DNA of 64,000 nucleotides from IMG/VR virus record IMGVR_UViG_3300044712_001937, positions 300,703 to 364,702 of that record. One strand, given 5' to 3'. The notes beneath the pieces were generated by a model. The model did no database searches. It had not been told where the DNA came from and saw only the letters and a program-made list of their open reading frames with translations. Positions 1 to 10,287 of this stretch are shown here, piece after piece (within the stretch, counting starts at the first letter, position 1; the number at the start of each line of letters is the position of its first letter). The position numbers and the translations under genes are program-made.

Positions 1-2612
1 GATTCACTTAAACCATTTTCATCATTCCATTTAGATTTATTTTTATCATATTGTGTGGTTTTAACTGCAGTAGGTTCAGTTGGTTGAGCATCTTTATTAT
101 ACATAGATTGATGAGATTTATATTCCATTTGTTCTTGTCTCATATCATAAATTTTATCGCCCATATCTGCTTTCATTCTATCTTCAAATTTTTGATTAGG
201 TTTATTATCATAAACCAAACTATGTTGACCATTACGCATCATATCAACTGAATGTTGTTCATCTGAAGTCATATTACGTTTAGGAATTTCATTTCCTTTA
301 TCATTAGCAGAATCACCAACATTTTCAAATGATTGTCCTTTAGTTTTTTTAATCATAGTATCTTCAATATCCTGACCTAATTTTTGTGGGTCATCACCAA
401 TTTCAGTTTGTTGGTCTTTATATTGTAATTCTTTTTGAATATCAATAATTTCTTTAGTTCCACTTTGATTTAAATCTTTTTTGAAATTAGCTTTATTTTC
501 ATCGCCTAATCTATCTTTCATAATTAGTGATGATGGTTTTCTTTCTTCTGCCATAATTTTTAGTTTATTATGAAAAATTGAATATGCTTCCAATTCTTCA
601 TTTATTTCTTTAAATAATTTTTCATTAGCTTCTTCCATAGCACTTCCACCTCCACTTGTAGAAGACATACCCATTTGTAAACCACTTGGTTGGTCTCCTG
701 CTGGTTGTTGTTTATTTGCCATAGTCATTTGAGATGGATTAACCATAGATTGACTATCTTCACCAATAATTTCTAATGCACGTGGGTCTTGTTGCCAATT
801 ATAATTAGATATACTTAATTTTGATTTTAGATTACCTGCAATTTTTTCTGCCTGACCTTGATTACCTTGCTTCATTGCTAAATTATAATCCATACCTGCT
901 TTTTCAATAGCTTGTTTAGGGTCTAAATTTTGATAAAAATTCATTTCTTCGCTCATATTAGGTTGGGGAATTTCTTTATTTTGATTTATAAATTCTAAAA
1001 AATCTGGTGCTATTGTACCAAGCATATATTCAACAGTATTAATGAAATTTACATCATCAAAACTTTCACCCAATTCTTCCATTTTTTCTAAAATTTCAGA
1101 AATTCCTTTCCAGTTTGCATCAGTATAATCTGGATGTATTTCCAAAAATTTAGCAACTAAAGGATGATTAGGTGCTGTTCTTGATATTTGAGCATTTTCA
1201 GCAATTTGAATTAATTCATTAATTCTTGCTTCATTAATTATATTTTTTTTCATATTTTCATTTATATTAGATTCTTGTATATTCATTTCTTCTTGCCATC
1301 TTGAATAATCGTAAACTAAATCAGTACCATATCTATATACTCCGATATCAATTTTTCCATTTGGATATTTTGCATTTACAAATTGCCATCTATCACCACC
1401 CATATTGAACACATTTTCACCATTTCTATCAGAAACATATTCAACAACATCGTGTAAACTTAATACTTCATTTATTTTCTTCTTCTTTTCAGGTAAACCT
1501 TTATGTTTTGTAGATGCAAAATCTTCTACATCAGTAGGGTCTACAGTATTTGCAATTTTTTTAACTGCACCACCAACTTTACTTGGACTTAATTCACCTT
1601 TTTGAACAGCATGAGCCATTCCAAATAATTTTTGTTGAGCTTTAGATTTAGCTTCTTCATCAATACTATTATTTTCTTCCATAGTACTTAAATTAGCTTT
1701 ATCCCAAGTATGAGTTTTCATATCACCATCAATAGTGTTAATATCTTTATTTGACATATTTTTAGTTTCATTTCCATATGCATCTGAATTATTACTAATA
1801 AAATCAATTTTTTCTTCTCTACTATCAATAGATAAATCTGCTTCATTTAACATATTAAAAAATTCTTCAAATCCATTAGTTTCAATTAAATAATTGCTTT
1901 CAGCAATTACACTACCACCTTGCCAAATTGGTTTACGAATAGGATTAGCTCTACCACTACCTTTACCACTTTTTTTAAAATCACCACTTAAATCACCACT
2001 TTTACTCCAAGCAGCAGGACCTGCATATGCACCTGAACTTCCAGCACCTGTAGTTTCATCAACTGCTTTTTGTTGATAACCTAATGACGGAGAAAATGCA
2101 CCTGAACTTGCAGCACCTGTAGACTCATTTTCTTCAGGTTTATATGCTGGATTTTTTGCAGGTTTAAATTTAGGAATTTCACCTACTTTACTTTGAGTTT
2201 CTTCACCTGCTTTTTTTAATTGATTAATTCCGCTTTTATCACGTCTTTTCTTTTTCTTAGGAACAGCCATTTTATATTTTTGCAAATATTTTGGACTATT
2301 AAGAATATAATCATTAAAAATCATATTCATGATAGTTTCATTATAATGATAACCATATTTTTCTTCACCATTTTCAGCCATTTGTTCATAAACTGAAGTA
2401 AGTTTAGGGTCTGAAAATACTAAAGTTTCCATTTTAGCTAAACTAAAAATCTTTTTCTTAATTGATTGTTCAACTTCGCTTAATAATGAATCAGCTTCAT
2501 CTAATTTAACATTATATTTAGCCATAGTACTATCAAAATTTTTTTCAAAATTTTTAGATAATTTACCAACAGGTTTTTTTATCGTAGGTTTAAAATTTTT
2601 AATGTCGCCCAT
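1..2612 (-). CDS. Large acidic hypothetical protein (>870 aa, truncated by the window edge) with an internal DUF3008-like segment
   Basis: Absent from the ORF track because it has no stop inside the window. Manual translation from ATG 2612 (MGDIKNFKPTIKK) stays open to position 1. It contains EAKSKAQQKLFGMAHAVQKGELSPSKVGGAVKKIANTVDPTDVEDFASTKHKGLPEKK (~1485-1655) and repeated E(S/T)TGA(A/G)SSGA(F/Y) motifs. Confidence 0.8.
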   Translation of the reverse strand, partial: MGDIKNFKPTIKKPVGKLSKNFEKNFDSTMAKYNVKLDEADSLLSEVEQSIKKKIFSLAKMETLVFSDPKLTSVYEQMAENGEEKYGYHYNETIMNMIFNDYILNSPKYLQKYKMAVPKKKKRRDKSGINQLKKAGEETQSKVGEIPKFKPAKNPAYKPEENESTGAASSGAFSPSLGYQQKAVDETTGAGSSGAYAGPAAWSKSGDLSGDFKKSGKGSGRANPIRKPIWQGGSVIAESNYLIETNGFEEFFNMLNEADLSIDSREEKIDFISNNSDAYGNETKNMSNKDINTIDGDMKTHTWDKANLSTMEENNSIDEEAKSKAQQKLFGMAHAVQKGELSPSKVGGAVKKIANTVDPTDVEDFASTKHKGLPEKKKKINEVLSLHDVVEYVSDRNGENVFNMGGDRWQFVNAKYPNGKIDIGVYRYGTDLVYDYSRWQEEMNIQESNINENMKKNIINEARINELIQIAENAQISRTAPNHPLVAKFLEIHPDYTDANWKGISEILEKMEELGESFDDVNFINTVEYMLGTIAPDFLEFINQNKEIPQPNMSEEMNFYQNLDPKQAIEKAGMDYNLAMKQGNQGQAEKIAGNLKSKLSISNYNWQQDPRALEIIGEDSQSMVNPSQMTMANKQQPAGDQPSGLQMGMSSTSGGGSAMEEANEKLFKEINEELEAYSIFHNKLKIMAEERKPSSLIMKDRLGDENKANFKKDLNQSGTKEIIDIQKELQYKDQQTEIGDDPQKLGQDIEDTMIKKTKGQSFENVGDSANDKGNEIPKRNMTSDEQHSVDMMRNGQHSLVYDNKPNQKFEDRMKADMGDKIYDMRQEQMEYKSHQSMYNKDAQPTEPTAVKTTQYDKNKSKWNDENGLSE

Positions 2613-2619
2613 TTTATAG

Positions 2620-2826
2620 TTATTTAATATCAGTCTTCCAAAAATCTCTTTTTTGCCATAATACTTTATACACTGATTCTAATGAATCTTTTATTGTTTT
2701 AATCAATTCATCCCTTGATTGAGTGTTTTTATTATGTAGCATGTTTTTTATTTCTTTATCAAGAGAAGTAGTAATGAATTTTTTAAGTTCATCATTAACA
2801 ATCTCTTTAATAGTATTTTTGTCCAT
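2620..2826 (-). CDS. Small hypothetical protein
   Basis: 68-aa ORF preceded by a GTATTTAT motif (2847-2853) and colinear with its neighbours. Confidence 0.7.
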   Translation of the reverse strand: MDKNTIKEIVNDELKKFITTSLDKEIKNMLHNKNTQSRDELIKTIKDSLESVYKVLWQKRDFWKTDIK

Positions 2827-2883
2827 ATATAATTATCAGTTAATCATAAATACTTCCGGAGTACAAAAAATTGATAATAAATA

Positions 2884-2917
2884 AAAAGAACGTATAAATT
2901 TAACTATACGTTCTTTT
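2884..2917. terminator. Intrinsic terminator (probably bidirectional)
   Basis: 13-bp inverted repeat aaaagaacgtata/tatacgttctttt with A and T tails, just downstream of the 2948-3742 gene. Confidence 0.75.
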
Positions 2918-2947
2918 CTTTATGAGAATATATTTGAAATGTAATAT

Positions 2948-3742
2948 TTATTTGATTAAATAAATTCCAATACCTGCACCAACTACACCAGCAATACCAA
3001 CAGAAATCACAGCATTTTTATTTTTATTCGCCCAATTACCTATTTTTTGCCAAAAATTAGGGTCTAAATCAGATTTTTTTAAATTTGGTATAGCATAACT
3101 ATCAATATTTACAACCTTAAAATATTTATTAGAATTACTTACACTAAATGAAATAGGATATCCTTTTTTCTTATCATTTTTCCAATGAAATTCAATAAAT
3201 TGTTTATTAGGCATTTGAAACATATTAAAAGTTAATGTTGGAAGTGTATCTTTATATGCAGGTAAAGCTTTTCCAACAGTAAAAACATATTTTAAATCTT
3301 TCGATGTTGTATCAGAAAATATTATATTTTTTTTACTAATATTAACTTCAGTATTTCCTTTATGAATTAATGAATCAAGAGAAATTTGAGTAGAAATTAA
3401 AGCTGCAGTTATGATTGAATTATCTTTTTGAATTTGTTTAATTCTTGCTAATAATTCTAATTGAGAATTAGTTAAATCACTATTTATTTTTTCAAGATTT
3501 TTTATACTTGCTTGAATTGTTAATTTTTCAGCAACCCATTCTTTTTCTTTATTTTGATAAAAAGTAACTTTATCAAGTAGTGCATCTTTTAATTTCTTCT
3601 CAGCTTCGAGCTTATCTTGTAAGTTATTAACTTTATTTTGATAAAGTTTCCAACCACCACCAAATACTAACAATATTATTGCTGCTATCAGTAATATAGT
3701 TGTTAGATTGACATTTAATTTAATTTCGGTAATTTTTGCCAT
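2948..3742 (-). CDS. Membrane-anchored coiled-coil protein, possibly spanin-like
   Basis: N-terminal TM helix (TTILLIAAIILLVFGGGW), long coiled coil and C-terminal hydrophobic helix (AVISVGIAGVVGAGIGIYLIK); lies near an amidase-like gene. Confidence 0.5.
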   Translation of the reverse strand: MAKITEIKLNVNLTTILLIAAIILLVFGGGWKLYQNKVNNLQDKLEAEKKLKDALLDKVTFYQNKEKEWVAEKLTIQASIKNLEKINSDLTNSQLELLARIKQIQKDNSIITAALISTQISLDSLIHKGNTEVNISKKNIIFSDTTSKDLKYVFTVGKALPAYKDTLPTLTFNMFQMPNKQFIEFHWKNDKKKGYPISFSVSNSNKYFKVVNIDSYAIPNLKKSDLDPNFWQKIGNWANKNKNAVISVGIAGVVGAGIGIYLIK

Positions 3743-3745
3743 ATG

Positions 3746-4240
3746 TTAAGAGTTTTGTTCTAATACATTATCTCTCCAATATTTATAGAATATATCATAA
3801 TAAGATTTAATTCTTTCAATAATTTCTTGATTATCAGGATTATCTTCTGAAAAATCTGGAGTTTTATCTATAGTTACTGTACTTGTTGCTTCATCAGGAG
3901 TTGCTTGAAATGTAAACATAAGTACTCCATCAATTACACCTGTCCAGAGAACAGCATCCGCAAATACTTTTAAATCGCCAAAAATTATATTTACATTAAA
4001 ATCTTTAAAGAATTGTCTAAATTTATCTTCTTCAGCTTTTTGGTCGAAAGCAGTTTCCATATTTTGGGTATTTTCTTCACTATCATTATTAAAATCTTCG
4101 TTTAATCTACGTGTTATTTTAAGCATATCACGCATACTTAGATTTTTATTTTCTTTCTTATCATTTTCACCTATAATATAACCACCTTTTCGCATTTTAG
4201 ATAAAAGTGACCTTGCATCATTATAATTAGTTTTCTTCAT
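3746..4240 (-). CDS. Hypothetical protein
   Basis: 164-aa ORF with an upstream GTATTTAT motif (4256-4262). Confidence 0.75.
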   Translation of the reverse strand: MKKTNYNDARSLLSKMRKGGYIIGENDKKENKNLSMRDMLKITRRLNEDFNNDSEENTQNMETAFDQKAEEDKFRQFFKDFNVNIIFGDLKVFADAVLWTGVIDGVLMFTFQATPDEATSTVTIDKTPDFSEDNPDNQEIIERIKSYYDIFYKYWRDNVLEQNS

Positions 4241-4270
4241 ATATTAAATTTATTATAAATACTAATATTT

Positions 4271-4885
4271 TTAATCCAGCATTTCATGTCTTTCATTTAT
4301 CACATTTTCAAGTAAATTTGCAAGCCATTTCCAAACTTTCTTTTTATCTTCATCATTTATTCTTATTCCCTTTTCTTCTGCTTTAGATATCTCTAAATTA
4401 TCATATGCATACCATTCATATTTATCACCTTTACTACCTTTACGTAATTTATTACCTGCTTCAACAGGAGGTATTATTATATAACAATGATATAAACCTT
4501 TATAATTTCTTTCTAAATCCCAAACATATTCAGGTTTATGTGATTTTTTCCATTCATCACCTTTAATAATACCATATTCATTTTTAAACTCAAGTCTAAA
4601 ATACATAACAGGCATTTCCCAATCACCACCAGCTTCCATAAGCTCGGCATTTATTTCATATTTAACAGGTTGGTCTTTACGTAAATTCTTTTTTAAATAA
4701 AATGTTTTCTTTTGACCTGTAGAATCATCATTCTCTAAATCAAATGCAATTTTCTGAAAATTTTTAGCTTCTTTCATTTTTTCATCCCAAGCATCATTTG
4801 CAATAGAATGATAATCGAAAATTTCCTTTTTTTTATCTTTAGTTATAGCAGAAATTTCTTCATTTATAATTTTAATTAAATCCAT
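4271..4885 (-). CDS. Hypothetical protein
   Basis: 204-aa ORF starting MDLIKIINEEI, with an upstream GTATTTAT motif (4900-4906). Confidence 0.75.
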   Translation of the reverse strand: MDLIKIINEEISAITKDKKKEIFDYHSIANDAWDEKMKEAKNFQKIAFDLENDDSTGQKKTFYLKKNLRKDQPVKYEINAELMEAGGDWEMPVMYFRLEFKNEYGIIKGDEWKKSHKPEYVWDLERNYKGLYHCYIIIPPVEAGNKLRKGSKGDKYEWYAYDNLEISKAEEKGIRINDEDKKKVWKWLANLLENVINERHEMLD

Positions 4886-4908
4886 CTTAAAATTTTTTAT
4901 AAATACTT

Positions 4909-5520
4909 TTAAATAAATTCATTTCTTAGCATTTCATTAAATTTCTGAATATCAAACAACGGACTTATATCGCTACTATCTTCAGCATAATTTCCTCTAA
5001 ATACAATACCCCGGAATTTAATAATATCTTTATGGTAATGATTAAAATCAACACAAATTCTTGGAATATTATGCCTTTCACAAATATCTTTACATAATAG
5101 AAGTAAATTTTCAATTTGTTTATCAGTATAATTCTCCCAATAATTATATGTTAGCCACTTTTTTTCAATCACATTTTCGACATTACAAATTTCATTTAGC
5201 CAATTTACATATCCAATTTCAGGTAATTTATATAATGAACCCATATTTTCAAGAACAATGGATATACTTTGTTTATCAGCTTCTTTTATATTAAGAAAAT
5301 CACTATGTAATTTATCATCATAATGTTGATATATAATTCCATCTCTGGAAATAGTATATGTATTCCATCTTTTAGTTTTACCATAATCTTTATGTAACAA
5401 TCTTTTAATATGATTATTATCTTTACGTAAACTTGATGCAATAATTATTTGCCTTTTAGCTATTTTTGTTTTATAAATATTTTCTTCTTTTACTTGATAT
5501 GTTATATTATCTATAATCAT
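4909..5520 (-). CDS. N-acetylmuramoyl-L-alanine amidase (Amidase_2/T7 lysozyme fold)-like protein with degenerate Zn ligands
   Basis: YTISRDGIIYQ, SISIVLENMG, YTDKQIENLLLLCKDICERHNI and DISPLFD match the amidase_2 layout, but the His ligand positions read IIIASSLR and FRGN. Confidence 0.65.
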   Translation of the reverse strand: MIIDNITYQVKEENIYKTKIAKRQIIIASSLRKDNNHIKRLLHKDYGKTKRWNTYTISRDGIIYQHYDDKLHSDFLNIKEADKQSISIVLENMGSLYKLPEIGYVNWLNEICNVENVIEKKWLTYNYWENYTDKQIENLLLLCKDICERHNIPRICVDFNHYHKDIIKFRGIVFRGNYAEDSSDISPLFDIQKFNEMLRNEFI

Positions 5521-5981
5521 TTTCTATTAGCTTCATAATTCATGTAGATAATTTCTACACCACCTTCTTTTAATTTTTCCCATGCAATCACATGGTCTAA
5601 TGTCCAATTATCCTTTTGAGTCCAATCTGGTTCTTTATCACAAAAAACACGTTTAATACCAGCATTAACAATTTCACCAGCACATCGTGAACATGGAAAC
5701 CAATTTACATACATATCAGTACCTAATGTTCTTTGTCCATTACGAGCAGCATTAACTATAGCATTTTCTTCTGCATGTAGTACCCATGAATATTTAGTTG
5801 GACGTTCATGACGTTCTTCTAAATCATCATCACAACCACGTGGAAATCCATTATACCCCATAGAAATTGGATTTTTATCAGAAACTATAACTGCGCCAAC
5901 TCTGCTACTTCTATCTTTACTCCACTGTGCAATATGGTCAGCTAAAACCATAAATCTTAAATCCCAATTTGTATTACCCAT
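5517..5981 (-). CDS. dCMP deaminase
   Basis: Zn motifs HAEENAI and PCSRC, plus SKD...VGAVIV and GYNGFPRG; the stop overlaps the next start (ATGA). Confidence 0.93.
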   Translation of the reverse strand: MGNTNWDLRFMVLADHIAQWSKDRSSRVGAVIVSDKNPISMGYNGFPRGCDDDLEERHERPTKYSWVLHAEENAIVNAARNGQRTLGTDMYVNWFPCSRCAGEIVNAGIKRVFCDKEPDWTQKDNWTLDHVIAWEKLKEGGVEIIYMNYEANRK

Positions 5982-5992
5982 ATAAATTTATT

Positions 5993-6187
5993 TTAAGTTA
6001 ATTTCCACCATCTGTTTTGTTTAAGCACTCTTGCACGAATTATTAATTTCTGCAATTCTTCAACATCAAAATCATCATTAGTGATATCACCATCAACATC
6101 CGCTAATTCAGATTTGGCTAATTTGTCAACTATTTTTAATGCTTCTTTTAAAATTTTACCTTTTTCTAAAACTTCTACATCTTCCAT
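5993..6187 (-). CDS. Small hypothetical protein
   Basis: 64-aa ORF within a tightly packed operon. Confidence 0.65.
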   Translation of the reverse strand: MEDVEVLEKGKILKEALKIVDKLAKSELADVDGDITNDDFDVEELQKLIIRARVLKQNRWWKLT

Positions 6188-6369
6188 CTTAAAACAATTT
6201 TAACTTTTTCAATATAATTATGTTTAATTAAAATTTCTTTTTTTTGAAATTCATCAAAAGTTATAGTACCATCATTATTTGAAGAAAAATTATTTTTATT
6301 TTCAGCAATAGCATAATAATAATTATCTAATAATTCTCCAATTTTTTCGTTAATATTTTCGTCTCCCAT
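6175..6369 (-). CDS. Small hypothetical protein
   Basis: 64-aa ORF within a tightly packed operon. Confidence 0.6.
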   Translation of the reverse strand: MGDENINEKIGELLDNYYYAIAENKNNFSSNNDGTITFDEFQKKEILIKHNYIEKVKIVLRWKM

Positions 6370-6370
6370 A

Positions 6371-7537
6371 TTATCTCATATTTTCAAGTATTCTATATAC
6401 ATCATCAAACTTATCAATAACAACCTTTGCTTCATTATAAGTTAATGATATATGTCTTCTTTTTCCATTAGTAATAAAAACTCCTAAATTATCCATATCT
6501 TTTAGAAATTCATCAACTAATTTATTAGAGTTAGGAATATTTGCTTTATCCGCAACCAATTCTTTTAACTCAAGTCCACTAATTACCTTATCACCGGGAT
6601 TTGCATTACCATCACGATATATAAATGCAAGTAATGCATTATATCTGTCTTTTCTTTGATATACTTTTTCAAATCTTTGATGATTGATTTCTAATAATTT
6701 ATGTTCATAATATTCTCTAAAATAAATCCCCCATATAATAAGAATTTCATCGCATATTGTTAAAATCATGAATAAAACAATTAACCCAACATCCTTATCT
6801 TTATTTTCTTCTTTTTGAGTATTTGAAGTTAAATTAAGGTTAGTAATTACATTTTTCAATTCATTATCAATATTTTTAATTGACAAATCATTGTTTTTTA
6901 TAACATCAATATTATTATCAATATTTTTCTGATAGCCACTTCGAATATTACTATAAGTAATTGGTGTTTCAATTAATTTACTTCGTAATTCATTATTAAT
7001 TTCACGAAGTTTATTATTATCATTGATATACGATGTTTTTTTATTTTCATAAAACTTAGTTAAACTATCAATTTTACTGTAATTAACATTTTCAATATCA
7101 GCATTAATTTTACCACTTGTAGTAGCTAAATTCATAGAACCACTAATTGCAATATAAAAACTAATACCAATAATAATTAATGTAGTTGATAACTTACCAG
7201 TTATTGCTGGTGTAAATTTTTTATTATTATCAAAATAATCAAGTGAAAAAATTTTAATTACATATCTTTTAATTATTTCAAATATTGTTAATATTAAAAC
7301 TGTTGTAACTAAAGCAATTGAAAGACCCCAAAATCCTGTTAATAAATGAACTGAGATTGCTTTCAATAAAGCTGGGAATATAAAAAAATATGCAAAAAAT
7401 ATTGAGCCGATATTACCTATAAATGATACCCTGAACAACCATTTACTCAATCCTTTGTTTCTACCTTCAAAGTCCTTTTTGTTTTTTTTAGCTTTTAATT
7501 TGTCGTAATCTTTTAAATCCATGATTTGTTTTTTCAA
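6371..7537 (-). CDS. Multi-pass membrane protein with a coiled-coil soluble region
   Basis: Three N-terminal hydrophobic helices, an Asn/Lys-rich coiled coil, a fourth TM (VGLIVLFMILTICDEILIIWGIYF) and a C-terminal soluble domain. Confidence 0.75.
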   Translation of the reverse strand: MKKQIMDLKDYDKLKAKKNKKDFEGRNKGLSKWLFRVSFIGNIGSIFFAYFFIFPALLKAISVHLLTGFWGLSIALVTTVLILTIFEIIKRYVIKIFSLDYFDNNKKFTPAITGKLSTTLIIIGISFYIAISGSMNLATTSGKINADIENVNYSKIDSLTKFYENKKTSYINDNNKLREINNELRSKLIETPITYSNIRSGYQKNIDNNIDVIKNNDLSIKNIDNELKNVITNLNLTSNTQKEENKDKDVGLIVLFMILTICDEILIIWGIYFREYYEHKLLEINHQRFEKVYQRKDRYNALLAFIYRDGNANPGDKVISGLELKELVADKANIPNSNKLVDEFLKDMDNLGVFITNGKRRHISLTYNEAKVVIDKFDDVYRILENMR

Positions 7538-7557
7538 TAAATAGTAAAAATTATAAA

Positions 7558-10287
7558 TTATTCGATAATAAGTGATGATATTCCGTTCTCATCCAATTCA
7601 ACGTTTATAAGGTAATCAGGATTTACTTCGTGAACTTGTTCAACAATTAAAACCTTTTTCATTCCATTTTTTATTAGTTGTAAAATTTCAATAAATTCAT
7701 CAACACTACCCGCTAAATCTAATTTCCCCATTACTTCATCTAATAGAAAAATAGTAGGTTTTGCTTTGACATTAATTTGGTTTAATGCAAATTTTAATAC
7801 TACACTTGAAAATGTTCTTTCTTTTCCACTGGCACTAATACAATCGATTATTGATTTAGGTCTACTATAATACATTAGTTTAGGTCTAAACGTATCTGGG
7901 TCAAGCCAAACTTTAAATTGTGCAACTGATAATATATTTTCCAATGTTGCGTTTATTTTAGGTAATATATAATTCCCTAACATCTGTCTTGGAATGCCAT
8001 CTCTATGAACACATTTTTTATATAAATTCATTACAGTATCCTGATACTCTTGTTCTTTAAAATCAATAATTAATCGTTCATTATATTTGATTGTTTGTTG
8101 TTTATTACCAACATTTGTTTTATTAATAAAAACATTTTCCTTTTCTTCAGATTCTTCTGATTCAAGAACTAATATTTTATCTTTAGCTGCCTTTATCCCT
8201 TTTTCAATATTTTTATTTTCTTCAATTTGTTTTAAACTATTATCATAATTGTCGATTTTTTTCTGAAGAATATCAATTTTAAGCTCTTCATTTTGAATTT
8301 TTGTTGGAATCTGGTCTAATTCATTTTGTAGTTCCTTACGTTTTTCAACATCATTTTTATCATTAGTTAACTCACCTATTTCAATTAATACAGTTTCCAT
8401 TTCAAGAGCTGCTGTTTGAATGTTTTCATTAACTATTGCAATATCTTTTTGTTTAAGAACTATTGATGCTTTATGTGTTAAATCAATTTCGATTTCTTTA
8501 TCTTTTATTATTTTAGCAATTTTAAACATTTCAGTTTCTTTTAACTTTATAACATCATCAATATTATGTTGATGTTCTTCAGTTAAGGGTTGTCCACAAG
8601 TAGGACAAATTTTACTTTCTTTTAATTCACCTATTTCTTTTTTAAACTTAGTACCATCTTGCTTTAATCTGAATATTTCGCCATTAATTATTTCAATTTT
8701 ATGTTCAATATCACGAATTTCCTGTTCAATAGCTTTAATTTTAAGTTTTTCTTGATATTCATTATTTCTATGAATATCTTTCTTTTGAATTAATTCATTT
8801 AATCTTTTATCATCATAAAAAGATTTTAATGGTTCAATACTTTCATTTAAAATCGATTTTCGTGCATTTAATTCAATAATTTTATTTCTATGAACACTTA
8901 TATCATAATTTACATTATCAACCTTTAAATCGTAAATTTCAGGGTCAATTTTAAATAATTTCTTAGTTAAAGTTTCAACATAAGTTCTTCCAGTTAAAAT
9001 TCTATTTTGAATATCTGGCAATTTAACATTTTCAATTTGATTGATATTTTCTTCTAATATCTTTATATCTTGTTGTAAATTTTCAATTTCATTTGTTTTA
9101 GCTTCAACATTACAAGCAACTCTTATTTTTTCATTATTTCGTCTATTAATAATTTTCCAACCATCCATTTTTTTATCAAAAATATCTAAACCTGAATCAA
9201 ATAATATTGAATCAATAAATGTTGACATATCATTCGATAATATTTTATTTAATGAATCTGAAGTAGTCATTACAATACGCATGAAATTATCATATGTACC
9301 AATAATTGAAGTTAACTTCTTTTGAGTTTTAATTCTTTTATCCTCATCCAATTTTTCTAATGATGTATTATCATTCATTTCTTCATCCGGATTAGAAAGA
9401 ATATAATAATTTAATGTTGTAGATGCACCATCAACATCACCATTTTTATCCTTAGAAATTTCAGTTTTCTTTTTAATACCATAATATTCACCATTTGATT
9501 CAATAACAAGATATGTATCACAAGAAAGTGCACCATTTCTATTATTTACGAATCTTGAGTCACCATATTTTTGCCTAAAATCAGTTTCAGGAGCTTTATT
9601 ATAAAGCAAATATGATAAAAGTTTCATTATAGTAGTTTTTCCTGCGGTGTTAATTCCTGTGATTTGAAATAACCCATCCATATCACGCCAATCAATATCT
9701 AATTGTTCATATGACATAAAATTATTACCACCAAATTTAATTACACTCCATTCACCGCCTATTTCATCACTTAAATCAATTTCATTAAGTACTTCTTCAT
9801 CTAATGCAATAACATCTTCAATTAATTTCTTGTCAGTACCAATTTTTTCTAAAAATTCTCTAAAAATTTCATGTTGGATAGATTTATCACTTACATTCTC
9901 CAGAGTTATATTTTTATTAACTTCAATTTTTTCACTTTCAATAAATTCATTCTTATGTAAGATAATAACATTTTTATATTTACTTTTTAAATATTGACTT
10001 AATTTTCTTTCATTTTCATTATTTCTTGTTTGTGGAAGTGTACACCAAATAAATCTAACATGCATTTCTTTAGTAGCATCATCAATATCAAAATCTAAAT
10101 CATCAAAATCAATATACGGTGTTATTTTAACATTATGATATGAATGATAATTTTCAACAGATATTTCTTCACATGACATTGAATCTAAATTCCATAATAA
10201 ATATCCATGAAATTGACCATCACCCTCAGTAATATCTTGTGACACTAAACTACTTGAGTAACCACCAAAAATTTTTTTATTCTCCAT
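7558..10287 (-). CDS. Rad50/SbcC-like ABC-ATPase carrying the C-terminal part of the Mre11/SbcD nuclease at its N-terminus (3' half of a split gene)
   Basis: Walker A GINTAGKTT, Zn hook CPTCGQPL, signature-like SASGKER and Walker B IFLLDEVMGKLD, with long coiled coils. The N-terminal GYSSSLVSQDITEGDGQFHGYLLWNL resembles the post-GHxH YxGS region of SbcD. Confidence 0.88.
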   Translation of the reverse strand: MENKKIFGGYSSSLVSQDITEGDGQFHGYLLWNLDSMSCEEISVENYHSYHNVKITPYIDFDDLDFDIDDATKEMHVRFIWCTLPQTRNNENERKLSQYLKSKYKNVIILHKNEFIESEKIEVNKNITLENVSDKSIQHEIFREFLEKIGTDKKLIEDVIALDEEVLNEIDLSDEIGGEWSVIKFGGNNFMSYEQLDIDWRDMDGLFQITGINTAGKTTIMKLLSYLLYNKAPETDFRQKYGDSRFVNNRNGALSCDTYLVIESNGEYYGIKKKTEISKDKNGDVDGASTTLNYYILSNPDEEMNDNTSLEKLDEDKRIKTQKKLTSIIGTYDNFMRIVMTTSDSLNKILSNDMSTFIDSILFDSGLDIFDKKMDGWKIINRRNNEKIRVACNVEAKTNEIENLQQDIKILEENINQIENVKLPDIQNRILTGRTYVETLTKKLFKIDPEIYDLKVDNVNYDISVHRNKIIELNARKSILNESIEPLKSFYDDKRLNELIQKKDIHRNNEYQEKLKIKAIEQEIRDIEHKIEIINGEIFRLKQDGTKFKKEIGELKESKICPTCGQPLTEEHQHNIDDVIKLKETEMFKIAKIIKDKEIEIDLTHKASIVLKQKDIAIVNENIQTAALEMETVLIEIGELTNDKNDVEKRKELQNELDQIPTKIQNEELKIDILQKKIDNYDNSLKQIEENKNIEKGIKAAKDKILVLESEESEEKENVFINKTNVGNKQQTIKYNERLIIDFKEQEYQDTVMNLYKKCVHRDGIPRQMLGNYILPKINATLENILSVAQFKVWLDPDTFRPKLMYYSRPKSIIDCISASGKERTFSSVVLKFALNQINVKAKPTIFLLDEVMGKLDLAGSVDEFIEILQLIKNGMKKVLIVEQVHEVNPDYLINVELDENGISSLIIE

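Noticed and set aside
51-2076. Plus-strand ORFs 51-251, 1405-1605 and 1894-2076
   Set aside because: They are antisense shadows of the long minus-strand ORF 1-2612, with Phe/Leu/Ser-rich composition typical of reverse frames.
2929-2936. TATATTTG on the plus strand between the terminator and gene 2948
   Set aside because: No plus-strand gene follows. It may be chance in AT-rich DNA, although an antisense promoter is possible.
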